Source: Oscillospiraceae bacterium (GTDB taxonomy: Bacteria; Bacillota; Clostridia; Oscillospirales; CAG-272). From it: a DNA stretch of 64,000 nt. How positions within the stretch are numbered: the first letter of the stretch is position 1; each line of letters begins with the position of its first letter. This document shows positions 19,896 to 29,500 of this stretch, piece after piece. The notes under the pieces are model-generated. The model worked only from the letters and a program-made list of their open reading frames with translations. It ran no database searches and had not been told where the DNA came from. The stretch is taken from NCBI GenBank assembly GCA_015063855.1, contig SVTI01000001.1, positions 8,017 to 72,016 of the forward strand. The letters are read 5' to 3'. The translations under genes and the position numbers were made by a program.

Positions 19896-21272
19896 TCAAA
19901 CCATCTCTTCGGGATGGAATACTTCGTCAAATCTTTCTGCGGTCAAGAAGCCTAGCTCAACGCAAGCTTCCTTAAGGGAGATGTTATCCTTATATGCCTT
20001 CTTAGCTGTCTTAGCTGCATTTTCGTAACCGATGTAGGGATTGAGAGCAGTAACAAGCATAAGGGAATTGTGAAGGTTGTGGTGCATCTTTTCCTTGTTA
20101 GCCTTAATACCAACTGCACAGTTGTTATTGAAGGAAACAATAGCCTCCGAGAGAAGTCTTGCGGACTGAAGGAAGTTGTAAATGCAAACGGGCATGAACA
20201 CGTTAAGCTCAAAATTGCCCTGTGATGCTGCCATTGAAACCGCAACATCGTTACCCATAACCTGAACTGCAACCATTGTTACAGCCTCACACTGAGTGGG
20301 GTTAACCTTACCGGGCATGATAGATGAACCGGGTTCGTTCTCAGGAATGAAGATCTCACCGAGACCGTCACGAGGACCGGATGCAAGCCATCGAACATCG
20401 TTTGCTATCTTCATCATATCTGCCGCAAGTGCTTTGATAGCACCGTGAGCGAATACCAGCTCATCCTTAGAAGTAAGAGCATGGAACTTATTGCCTGCTG
20501 TAACGAAGGGCTTACCTGTGATCTCTGCAACCTTAGCCGCAACGGTTGTGTCAAAGCCCTTGGGTGTGTTAAGACCTGTACCTACTGCAGTACCGCCGAG
20601 TGCAAGCTCATAAAGGGGCTTTATTGCGAGCTTGATAAGCTCAACGTCCCTTTCAAGAGAACTTCTCCAGCCACTGATCTCCTGGCTGAAGGTAATGGGA
20701 GTTGCATCCTGAAGATGTGTTCTGCCGCTCTTAACGATACCTTCGTTCTCCGCCTCAAGACGCTTGAAGGTCTCGATGAGCATTTCTGCAGCGGGAACGA
20801 GCTTATCCTCAAGAACGATAACAGCTGCGATGTGCATTGCTGTAGGGAATGTGTCGTTGGAGGACTGACTCATATTAACATCATCGTTGGGATGAAGGAG
20901 CTTCTTGCCAAGAATCTGATTGCCGCGATTAGCAATAACCTCGTTAGAGTTCATGTTGGACTGTGTACCGCTTCCTGTCTGCCATACAACGAGAGGGAAA
21001 TTATCCATAAGCGCACCGGAGGAAACCTCATCGCAAGCCTGTGTGATAGCAGCAAGCTTCTCATCAGTCATCTTCTCGGGCTTGAGAATGTTGTTTGCCA
21101 TAGCGGCAGCCTTCTTGAGAATACCAAAGGCATGTACGATTTCGCGAGGCATTGTTTCGATACCAACACCGATTGGGAAGTTCTGAGAGCTTCTCTGGGT
21201 CTGTGCAGCCCAAAGCTTATCTGCAGGAACCTTAACCTCACCCATGGAGTCATGTTCAATACGGTAATCCAT
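19896..21272 (-). CDS. fumC: Class II fumarate hydratase
   Basis: The GSSIMPGKVNPTQCEA signature is present. 458 aa. Confidence 0.9.
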   Translation of the reverse strand: MDYRIEHDSMGEVKVPADKLWAAQTQRSSQNFPIGVGIETMPREIVHAFGILKKAAAMANNILKPEKMTDEKLAAITQACDEVSSGALMDNFPLVVWQTGSGTQSNMNSNEVIANRGNQILGKKLLHPNDDVNMSQSSNDTFPTAMHIAAVIVLEDKLVPAAEMLIETFKRLEAENEGIVKSGRTHLQDATPITFSQEISGWRSSLERDVELIKLAIKPLYELALGGTAVGTGLNTPKGFDTTVAAKVAEITGKPFVTAGNKFHALTSKDELVFAHGAIKALAADMMKIANDVRWLASGPRDGLGEIFIPENEPGSSIMPGKVNPTQCEAVTMVAVQVMGNDVAVSMAASQGNFELNVFMPVCIYNFLQSARLLSEAIVSFNNNCAVGIKANKEKMHHNLHNSLMLVTALNPYIGYENAAKTAKKAYKDNISLKEACVELGFLTAERFDEVFHPEEMV

Positions 21273-21307
21273 AATCTATATGTTCCTTTCAGTTTTTTAC
21301 TAATAAT

Positions 21308-22258
21308 TTAGAAATTAACGTTGCTGATAATATTCTTCAAGCAGTTAGCGCTGTTATGTAATGCAGCGATCTCATCATCGGTCATGGGAAGGATAACTTT
21401 ACTTTGAACACCCTTATTACCTACAACGTTGAGAAGGCTCAGACATACGTCGTCGATTCCGTATTCACCGTGCATCATGGTGGAAACGGTCATGGTGGTA
21501 TCAATACCGCTTAAGATACACTTACATACGTGGCAAACGGAAATAGAAACTGCGTAGAAGGTAGCACCCTTACGCTGAATAACGCTTGCGCCGGACTTGC
21601 GAACATATTCCTCGATATCAGCTTCCTTAAAGGCGGGATAGATACTGCGACTGCCAAGCTCCTTTACAGAATTACCGAAATCCTTTGCGGGAACATTGGA
21701 AACGTTTGCAAGAGACCAGGGGATAAAGCAGGAATCACCATGCTCGCCGAGAACGTAAGCATGAACGTTCTTTTGGCTGATATTGTAGTATTCTGCAATT
21801 CTTGCACGAAGACGCGCGGTATCAAGAATGGTACCGGAGCCGATGATTCTCTCCTCGGGAATGCTGGAGTACTTATGGAAGGCATAAGTAAGAATATCAA
21901 CGGGATTACTTACCAATACGTATATTGCATCGGGTGCATGCTTGGTGATCTCTCTGGATACGTTCTTGATCATATCTACGTTTATCTGTGCAAGGTCAAG
22001 ACGTGACTGTCCTGCCTTTCTCGGGATACCGGATGTAATAACTACGATATCAGAGCCCTTAGCGTCAGCATAAGAGCCTGCATATACGGATGCAGGAGAG
22101 CAGAAGGGTATACCCTGTCTGATGTCAAGAGCCTCGCCCTCAGCCTTCTCGCCATTGATATCGATCATCACAACCTCGGATGCTATACCCTGTACTATCA
22201 TGGTATAAGCGATGGTAGATCCAACGCTGCCGGAGCCGATAATAGTAATCTTGTTCAT
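21308..22258 (-). CDS. mdh: LDH-like malate dehydrogenase
   Basis: Motifs: IIGSGSVGS (NAD) and GEHGDS. The substrate loop GIPRKAGQSRLDL has Arg at the LDH Gln102-equivalent position (MDH-type). Context with fumC supports the call. Confidence 0.7.
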   Translation of the reverse strand: MNKITIIGSGSVGSTIAYTMIVQGIASEVVMIDINGEKAEGEALDIRQGIPFCSPASVYAGSYADAKGSDIVVITSGIPRKAGQSRLDLAQINVDMIKNVSREITKHAPDAIYVLVSNPVDILTYAFHKYSSIPEERIIGSGTILDTARLRARIAEYYNISQKNVHAYVLGEHGDSCFIPWSLANVSNVPAKDFGNSVKELGSRSIYPAFKEADIEEYVRKSGASVIQRKGATFYAVSISVCHVCKCILSGIDTTMTVSTMMHGEYGIDDVCLSLLNVVGNKGVQSKVILPMTDDEIAALHNSANCLKNIISNVNF

Positions 22259-22342
22259 TTAAAAGTCCTCATTTCGTTTATTTTGTTGAATATCATCTGC
22301 ATTCATTCGTTAAATAAATAACTAACTATTTAATTGTAACAC

Positions 22343-22371
22343 ACAATTGTGAATGAATCAATAACATGTAC
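22343..22371 (-). promoter_or_regulatory. Candidate sigma-A promoter of the mdh operon (TTGATT-17-TACAAT, TGn extended) overlapping a 10-bp palindrome CACAATTGTG
   Basis: Read on the minus strand: ttgatt cattcacaattgtgtgt tacaat. It lies about 85 nt upstream of the mdh ATG. Confidence 0.45.
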
Positions 22372-22574
22372 TACATTTAAAGTTAAAAAATCTACAAAAA
22401 ATCGCAAAAAATCATCTTCGTTTTGTTTCATAAGTACAATATGGTAAATTGCTCCCAAAATCCATTATTTTCCGCCACTTTTGCCATGAACAAAATGCAG
22501 TCTGATTTTCGCTCTGATAAAAGGTCAAAGTGTACTCGTTGTATTATTTATATCAAAAATTATCAAATATTTCA

Positions 22575-22603
22575 TTTACAAAACGGATAGATTGTGCTAT
22601 AAT
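22575..22603 (+). promoter_or_regulatory. Candidate sigma-A promoter of the glycyl-radical enzyme gene (TTTACA-17-TATAAT)
   Basis: Sequence: tttaca aaacggatagattgtgc tataat. It lies 38 nt upstream of ATG 22641. Confidence 0.5.
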
Positions 22604-22640
22604 AATTATATATGTTTATTTTAGTACCCAGGAGGCAATT

Positions 22641-24815
22641 ATGGACGAAAGACTTAAACTGGATCCGTTAGCATTTGGATTTTTAAAAAACAAGGATGGC
22701 GAGCTTGCGGAGCGCATCGCAGATGCACTTCTCGAAGGCTCCAAGAACATTGAGATCGCCTTTAACAGACATCTGCTTCCTCATGTATGGTGTCATGTAA
22801 GCGGCGGAGCAGGCTTCAGCTATGAATGCTCCTTGGAATATAACTTCAGTGCCGACAGACATGAAAAGAGAAAAGAAGAAAATCCCGAGCATGCCGATTA
22901 TCTCGACGAGGTTTGGAGAGAGTTCCGCTTTTTCCACGACGGATGTTACCGTCACAACTATACTCCGTGGCAGGGACAGATGCGCGATTCGGGTGCTATG
23001 TGGGGCGGAACATGGGAAGGACACTCCAATCCCGATTTCGGCAGACTTATAAATCTCGGTACAAACGGTATACGTAAGCTCGTTGCAGAAGCAAAGACAA
23101 AAAATACGTACGATACCGATTGGTTCTACCGAGCTCTTGAAAAAACTCTTGATGCAATAGATAATTTCGGTGACAGATTCCGCGAATTGGCAATAAAGCT
23201 TGCTTCTGAGTGTGACGATCCCAAAACAAAAAAGAGATATGAAAGAACCGCAGAGGCTTTTGAGGTCATCCCTCGTGAGCCTGCATATGACTTTAACTCC
23301 GCAGTTCTTGCATTCTGGTTCATCTTCTCCTTTGACGGAGTGGATTCACCCGGACGCTTTGACCAGTATATGTACCGTTGCTATGCGGTAGATCAGGATA
23401 AGGAAGAAAGAGCAGAGATGCTCGAGCGTCTTTGGGAAACCTTCCACGATACCCGCACATGGAATCTCTGCCTTGCAGGCTCGGATGAAAACTGGAACGA
23501 TACCGCAAACGAGCTTACCTTTGATATTCTTAAATTAGCGGCAGTAAAGAAATACGAAACTCCCAACATTACTCTCCGTATTCACAGAAATACCTCCGAA
23601 GAGCTTTGGAAACAGATAGCTAAGACCACCGCATCGGGTATCGGTATGCCCGCACTCTATAATGACGAGATCGTATGTCCCGCTCTTGAAGCTATAGGCA
23701 TCCCCTCCGTTCACAGCCACGAATACTGCATGAACGGTTGTAACCAGATAGATATCTTCGGTAAGAGCCACATGGGTCTTGAGGATGGCGAGGTATTCTT
23801 TGCAAAATGTCTTGAATATACTCTTCACAACGGCAAAAATGCGCTTAACGGAAATGTTGAAACTCTTGCCACAGGCGATGCTCGTAAATTCGAGAGCTAT
23901 GAGGATCTTGAACGCGCCTTCTATAAGCAGCTTGAATACGTAACCTTCCTTGCCTGCAACTGGGCAAATTCCGCACAAGCACACAGAGCTAAATATAAGC
24001 CTAATCCCTTACGTTCCCTTCTCATTGAAGGCTGTATCGAAAAGGGTAAGGATTACCGTAACGGCGGACCTCTTTACGGCCACGGACAGATACTCGCTGA
24101 AGGTATCGCCGATGCGGGTGACAGCCTCTATGCGGTAAAGAAGCTTGTATTTGACGAAAAGAAATATACCATGGATGAGCTTATCACCGCTCTTGAAGCA
24201 AACTTTGAGGGCTATGAAAAGCTCCGAACAGAATTTGCAAACTGCGAAAAGTTCGGTAACGATTGCGAAGAGGTAGATAGCATAACCTCAAAGATGCTTA
24301 ACCGCTTCTTCACCGTTCTCAAGAGAATAAACACCTATCGAGGCGGTGTATACACAGGAGGCTGCAGTCCCTTCTCCCGTGCCGCAAACTACGGAAGACA
24401 GCTTGCCGCAATGCCTAACGGAAGAAAGGCAAAGGACCCCATTATCGCAGACAGCACAGGCCCCGTTCCCGGCTGTGCGTCCAACGGTCCCACCGCAATT
24501 CTCAATTCCGTGCTTAAATTCGATCATTGGAATGCGGGCAGCGGCTTCATACTTAATGTAAAGTTTGATAAGAACTTCTTTGATACCGAGGAGGGCTATG
24601 CAAACTTCATCGCTCTTGCAAAGGCTTATTTCACAATGGGCGGTCAGCAGTTAACCTCCACCGTTGTTGATCCCGCAGAACTCTTAGATGCTCTCGAGCA
24701 TCCCGAAAACCATAAGGACCTTATCGTCCGAGTAGGCGGTTTCTCTGCAAAATTCATTGAAATAGACAGAGGTCTTCAGGAAAACGTTATTAAACGCGCC
24801 ATGATGAACGAATAA
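22641..24815 (+). CDS. Glycyl-radical enzyme (PFL2/dehydratase-like superfamily), unassigned specificity
   Basis: Start trimmed to MDERLKLDP (AGGAGG RBS). The C-terminal glycyl-radical motif is LIVRVGGFSAKF. The putative thiyl loop is CMNGCNQIDIFG. Confidence 0.8.
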   Translation: MDERLKLDPLAFGFLKNKDGELAERIADALLEGSKNIEIAFNRHLLPHVWCHVSGGAGFSYECSLEYNFSADRHEKRKEENPEHADYLDEVWREFRFFHDGCYRHNYTPWQGQMRDSGAMWGGTWEGHSNPDFGRLINLGTNGIRKLVAEAKTKNTYDTDWFYRALEKTLDAIDNFGDRFRELAIKLASECDDPKTKKRYERTAEAFEVIPREPAYDFNSAVLAFWFIFSFDGVDSPGRFDQYMYRCYAVDQDKEERAEMLERLWETFHDTRTWNLCLAGSDENWNDTANELTFDILKLAAVKKYETPNITLRIHRNTSEELWKQIAKTTASGIGMPALYNDEIVCPALEAIGIPSVHSHEYCMNGCNQIDIFGKSHMGLEDGEVFFAKCLEYTLHNGKNALNGNVETLATGDARKFESYEDLERAFYKQLEYVTFLACNWANSAQAHRAKYKPNPLRSLLIEGCIEKGKDYRNGGPLYGHGQILAEGIADAGDSLYAVKKLVFDEKKYTMDELITALEANFEGYEKLRTEFANCEKFGNDCEEVDSITSKMLNRFFTVLKRINTYRGGVYTGGCSPFSRAANYGRQLAAMPNGRKAKDPIIADSTGPVPGCASNGPTAILNSVLKFDHWNAGSGFILNVKFDKNFFDTEEGYANFIALAKAYFTMGGQQLTSTVVDPAELLDALEHPENHKDLIVRVGGFSAKFIEIDRGLQENVIKRAMMNE

Positions 24816-24834
24816 GCTTTAATTAAATAAAAAT

Positions 24835-24885
24835 AACAGAGAATGATCGTATGTAATCTATACGTTTCATTCTCTGTTTTTGATT
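24835..24885 (+). terminator. Bidirectional rho-independent terminator
   Basis: 12-bp stem aacagagaatga/tcattctctgtt with a T-run. Confidence 0.7.
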
Positions 24886-24898
24886 TTGAAGAATAACG

Positions 24899-25855
24899 TC
24901 ATTGCGACAGCATTTTTTGCATTCTTATTTCAAAGCTCGCAGGGTCAAGCAGCACCATTTTATCATCGTAATAAGTAGTACCGTATTTAAAATCAACATC
25001 CTTCACACGGAAAAGCTCGGGTCCCTCTTCGGCAAGGGTAGTCCATTCGTCAGGAAAGAAATAATAACCGTCAAGTGTTATCTCTATCTGAGGATGATAA
25101 GGGTATTGGGTGGAATAAGGGGTCCTGCGCTTGATGTCTCCCTCTGCGGTATGGGCATTCAGAGATATTATCGATATATCCTCACCTGCATTATATATAG
25201 GTACAAGATAGCTGTGTCCCTTCTGCATGTAAAACTGAGAGCCGCAGAAAAGCTGCATATCCTCGATGAGTACAGTATCTCCGACACTATACTCTCCCCG
25301 CCATACGCGGCTTATCTCAAATTCGTATATAACGCTGTAGGTATAGCAATATGCTCTGTCTCCCTCCTTGAATTTATGGGAGGCGACTGTATATTCATAC
25401 CTCTTTTCATATACGTCAACCACCCTGCCCTCGATGAAATCACAGTCCTCGGTAAAGCTCTCATAGAAAGGTGCTATATCACCCATCACACCATTGTCTG
25501 CAACCTCCTCCGAGGGAACAAAGTCGTCATCCGGCAAAAGCTTTATCGTCGAATACATAAGATCGGGCACGGGCTCGGGAGGTATAGGGTACGAATCCGA
25601 CTCTTTAGGAGCTTCCTCGGTTGATTTATCAGTATCCGAAGCGGCTTTTTCAATTCCGTCGGTTATATTATCTTCATTCTTCTCGGGTGTTCTGTCCTTT
25701 ACAGCCAACGGAATTACGGCAATCGATAAAGCAAGAGCTATACACGCGGCTATCAATACCGCATTTCTTACCTTACGAGGCTTTTTTTCTTCCGCTTCGT
25801 TTATAAATTCGGGAGCGATAAGCTCCATTTTATCAAGAAGTTCTCTACCCTTCAT
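24899..25855 (-). CDS. Anti-sigma-factor-like single-pass membrane protein
   Basis: Short cytosolic N-terminus, then TM helix AVLIAACIALALSIAVIPLAV, then a ~250-aa extracytoplasmic domain. It shares an ATGA overlap with the upstream sigma factor gene. Confidence 0.55.
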   Translation of the reverse strand: MKGRELLDKMELIAPEFINEAEEKKPRKVRNAVLIAACIALALSIAVIPLAVKDRTPEKNEDNITDGIEKAASDTDKSTEEAPKESDSYPIPPEPVPDLMYSTIKLLPDDDFVPSEEVADNGVMGDIAPFYESFTEDCDFIEGRVVDVYEKRYEYTVASHKFKEGDRAYCYTYSVIYEFEISRVWRGEYSVGDTVLIEDMQLFCGSQFYMQKGHSYLVPIYNAGEDISIISLNAHTAEGDIKRRTPYSTQYPYHPQIEITLDGYYFFPDEWTTLAEEGPELFRVKDVDFKYGTTYYDDKMVLLDPASFEIRMQKMLSQ

Positions 25856-26412
25856 ATAGAAAATCCCTTCCCTTCAAGTTGTTTTTTCAGTTCTTGGCGG
25901 CAACGGAAAAGCAGAGTTTTTACCTTTGACTGAGTTACCCCGTACCTTACGGAGATATCCGCCACAGAATCGCAGAAAAAATATCTTCTGACAAATATTT
26001 TTCTCTTTTTCTCATCGAGAGAAGCAAGAAAGCTGTTGATGGCTTCACCAAGCTCCTTGTCCGCAAGCATCTCTTCCGTACCGAGCCCCGAAGAAATACA
26101 TTCCTCCATCTCCGCGCTCAGTTCATATATTAACGCATTTCTTTTCAAGCTGTTTTTTTCCCGAACTCTGTTAAGAGAGATATTACGTACAATACGGACA
26201 AGATATGCATAAAAATATTCGTAGGGAGCTTTAGGAGGGATACTGCTCCATGCCTGCATATAGGTATCATTTTCGCACTCTTTTGCAGTCTCATCACATC
26301 CGACGATCCCGCGGCTGACCGAAAAAAGCCTGCTTCCGTATTTATCCCTTGTATATACTACAGCGTCCTCGTTACGGTCAAAATAAAGCCCTATTATCTT
26401 ACTGTCGTCCAT
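25852..26412 (-). CDS. Sigma-70 family (ECF-like) RNA polymerase sigma factor
   Basis: Start trimmed to MDDSKIIGLYFDRNEDAV (AAAGGAG RBS). The C-terminal HTH is SVADISVRYGVTQSKVKTLLFRCRQEL. Confidence 0.75.
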   Translation of the reverse strand: MDDSKIIGLYFDRNEDAVVYTRDKYGSRLFSVSRGIVGCDETAKECENDTYMQAWSSIPPKAPYEYFYAYLVRIVRNISLNRVREKNSLKRNALIYELSAEMEECISSGLGTEEMLADKELGEAINSFLASLDEKKRKIFVRRYFFCDSVADISVRYGVTQSKVKTLLFRCRQELKKQLEGKGFSI

Positions 26413-26501
26413 GCTGCGCTCCTTTCTGTCCTCAACCATATAAACACAAATAAATCCAAAAGGTTACAAAAACAGCAAAAATAAAATTTTCTTTTTTACT
26501 C

Positions 26502-26530
26502 TTTACATATTATAATTAATTTGATATAAT
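26502..26530 (+). promoter_or_regulatory. Candidate sigma-A promoter of the T7SS operon (TTTACA-17-TATAAT, TGn)
   Basis: Sequence: tttaca tattataattaatttga tataat. Confidence 0.5.
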
Positions 26531-26589
26531 TATATAATAATGCAATATTATGGATAAATATACAATTTTAAAATATTTCAGAGGGAATT

Positions 26590-29500
26590 ATGTTAATATC
26601 AGCAGTATTGTTACATGATAATCAATCTTATTATTTCGTCCTTGAGCCCGGTAAGGATATAAGCATCGGCTCAGGCAAGAAGGACGGTATAAACGTCGTC
26701 GGCTTTGCCAACTCACAGATCACCATAAAAAACAGAAATGGGGATATCTATGTCAATGCGAAAAAGGCATATGGCTACGAGACCGCCTCCGCGCCTCTCG
26801 ACGACCTTATAGTCCTTGACATGAACAGCTCTACCATACTCTATTTCAGTTCAATAACCTCGGAGTCGGAAACCACCCTCACTCTCCCCTACAGCTGTAT
26901 GCTCAAGTTCGGAAGAGCTCCCGCCAACGACGTTATATTCAAGCTTCCCTTCGTTTCGGGATCTCACTTCACCCTCAAAAAGGAGGGTGCTAACATCCGT
27001 GTTGAGGATAACGGAAGCACAAACGGTCTGTTCCTTAACGGACGCAGATGTAATATTGCCAAATTGGTTTCGGGCGACGTCCTCTCTATATTAACTCTTC
27101 AGATCCGCCTTGTCAACGGTGTACTTTATTTCTCCAACGTCGGAAAATGGCTCACCGTCAAGGAGATAGTTACTGAGGATACCCGTTCACACGCTGATAA
27201 CGATGCTTCTGTGCTTAAATACAGACGTTCCCCCCGTACCAGAGACAGCCTTCCCTCTGAGGATATAGTTCTCGCTCCCGCACCCCAGAAGGGTCTGAGA
27301 CCTGAAAAGGCAAAGGGCTTCTTTGCTTCTATCGCTTCTCCTACGGCAAAGGTTGCCACCACCATCGTAACCTCTGCTGCCTCCCCCGCCCTTATGGCAG
27401 CAAGAACCGCCAAGCTTGTTCCCACCCTTGCCCGCGCAGTAACCACAGACGCAAACGCCAAGAAGAGAATGGCAGCACACGAACAGCAGGAATCGGCGCT
27501 TTACGAAAAGTACGGAGCATATATCAACGATCAGCGTGCCCGTATAGAGTCAGTCGCACAGCAGCAGCGTGAAATACTTACCCGTGAAAACCCCGATCCC
27601 TCCGAATGCATGAAGATACTTTTCAGCCTTCGCAGAAATTTGTGGGAAAGAATGCCCTCCGACAAGGATTTTCTTGATGTACGTATAGGTATGGGATACG
27701 AGGATCTCTGCGTAAGCATCAAAAGCAGAGAGGATGCGATGAACTTCCGTGCAGACGATGAGAATGCCCGTCTGACCGCACAGATAATTGAAGAGAACCG
27801 CATAGTTGACAACCTTCCCGCAAGGCTGTCCTTAAAAACAAGAAATACCATCGGCTTCATCGGAAACAGACAGAAAACTATAGATACCGTTAAAAACCTT
27901 ATCGTTTCCCTCACCTGCTCCCACTTCTACGAGGACGTAAAGCTCGTAGGTATATTTGATCAAAAGGAGTTTTCTGTATGGGAACCTCTGAAATGGCTTC
28001 CACACATGTGGGATAATGACCGTCAGTTCAGGACCCTCGCCTTCGACCGTGAAAACGCACATCACCTCTGTGATATGTTCACAGACATAATAAAGAAGCG
28101 CAGAGAGGAAGCAGCCTCGTCAAGAAACGGTATATCCCCCAAGCCTCACTATATTCTTATTTTCGGTTCAAAGGATATGGTGGAGCATGAGCAAATAATG
28201 AACGAGCTCTTCTCTAACGAGGATGTTGGCATAACCTCTCTCTTCCTCTTTGATGACATGTATATGCTTCCTCCCGATTGTCAGACCATCGTTGATATGG
28301 ACAACGATCCCTCGGTATTTGACAGATATGAGGCAAACAAGAAATTCTATTTTTCTCCCGACCCCGAGTTCAACTCCGTCGTTTTCGATGCTTATGCGAG
28401 AAGAATGTCTGCGGTAGAGCCTGAGGGAGTCGGTAAATCCAGCGTTCTTCCCAACAGTGTCACCTTCCTTAGCGGATTCAATGTACAGACCCCCGAGGAG
28501 CTTAACATCCTTGAACGTTGGGAAAACTCAAAGACCTACAAGAGTCTCGCCGCACCCATCGGTGTAATGGCAGGAGACAAGACCTTCTCCTTTGATATCC
28601 ATGAGAAGGCTCACGGTCCTCACGGTCTCGTAGCCGGCACTACAGGTTCCGGTAAAAGCGAGCTTCTCCAGACCTGGATGCTCTCCATGGCGGTAAATTA
28701 TCATCCCCACGACGTATCCTTCGTAATAATCGACTATAAGGGTGGCGTTACCGCAAGCCTTCTTGAACCCCTTCCCCACGTAGTCGGCAAGATAACTAAT
28801 ATAAATTCCAACATAAACCGTTCTCTTATCTCTCTTCGCGCAGAGGTCAAGAGGAGATCTGCAATACTCGCGGATCACGGTGTCACAGGTATAGATGCAT
28901 ACCAGATGCTCTATAAGTCGGGTAAGGCAAACGATCCCCTGCCCCACCTTATCATTGTGTCGGACGAGTTTGCCGAGCTCAAAAAAGAGGAGCCCGAATT
29001 CATCTCCCAGCTTGTAAGTATAGCCCGAGTCGGACGTGCGCTTGGTATACACCTTGTACTGGCCACACAGAAGCCCGGCGGTATAGTTGACGAGCAGATA
29101 CAGAGTAACTCCCGTTTCCGCCTTTGTCTTAAGGTTCAGGACGTAAATGACAGCCGCGAGATGATCAAACGTCCCGATGCGGCGCGTATCACCCAGGCAG
29201 GCCGTGCATTTGTCCGTGTAGGCGAGGATGAATATTTTGACCTCTTCCAATCCTTCTGGAGCGGTGCTCCCTATAAGGGTGCGCATAGCAGTGAAGACGA
29301 AAAGGAAAATCAGGTACGTCTCGTAGATATAAACGGAAGAAGGGTCAAGGCTGTTTCCGACGAAAAGACCCGATACTTCTCAGAGCTCAATGAAATAACC
29401 GCAATAGTACGATACATCGCTCATATTTCCGAAAAGAACGGTATAGAAAAGCTCCAAGGGCCTTGGCTTCCCGAGCTTCCCGACAGCATCACCCTTGACT

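Noticed and set aside
11041-21311. Many long ORFs antisense to the frd/flx/hdr/fumC genes, for example 17045..18655 (536 aa), 11788..12702, 13285..14298, 14334..15164, 15151..15975 and 20445..21311.
   Set aside because: Their products are low-complexity and Cys/Leu/Ser/Thr-rich, with no motifs or RBS. They fully overlap strongly supported genes on the other strand. These are typical shadow ORFs caused by codon bias.
22340-22375. A Rex (TTGTGAA-N-TTCACAA) or CRP/FNR-type operator in the mdh promoter.
   Set aside because: Only the inverted arrangement TTCACAATTGTG (a 10-bp palindrome, CACAATTGTG) is present, not the canonical half-site order or spacing. It is kept only as a note within the promoter feature.
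26440-26589. An ECF-sigma-dependent promoter for the T7SS operon, controlled by the adjacent sigma/anti-sigma pair.
   Set aside because: The only clear element is a sigma-A-type TTTACA-17-TATAAT. No GAAC..CGTC-like ECF motif was seen, so regulation by the neighbouring sigma factor remains pure speculation.
28528-29286. A 252-aa ORF antisense to essC.
   Set aside because: It lies entirely inside the well-supported essC ATPase domain on the opposite strand, with no independent signals.
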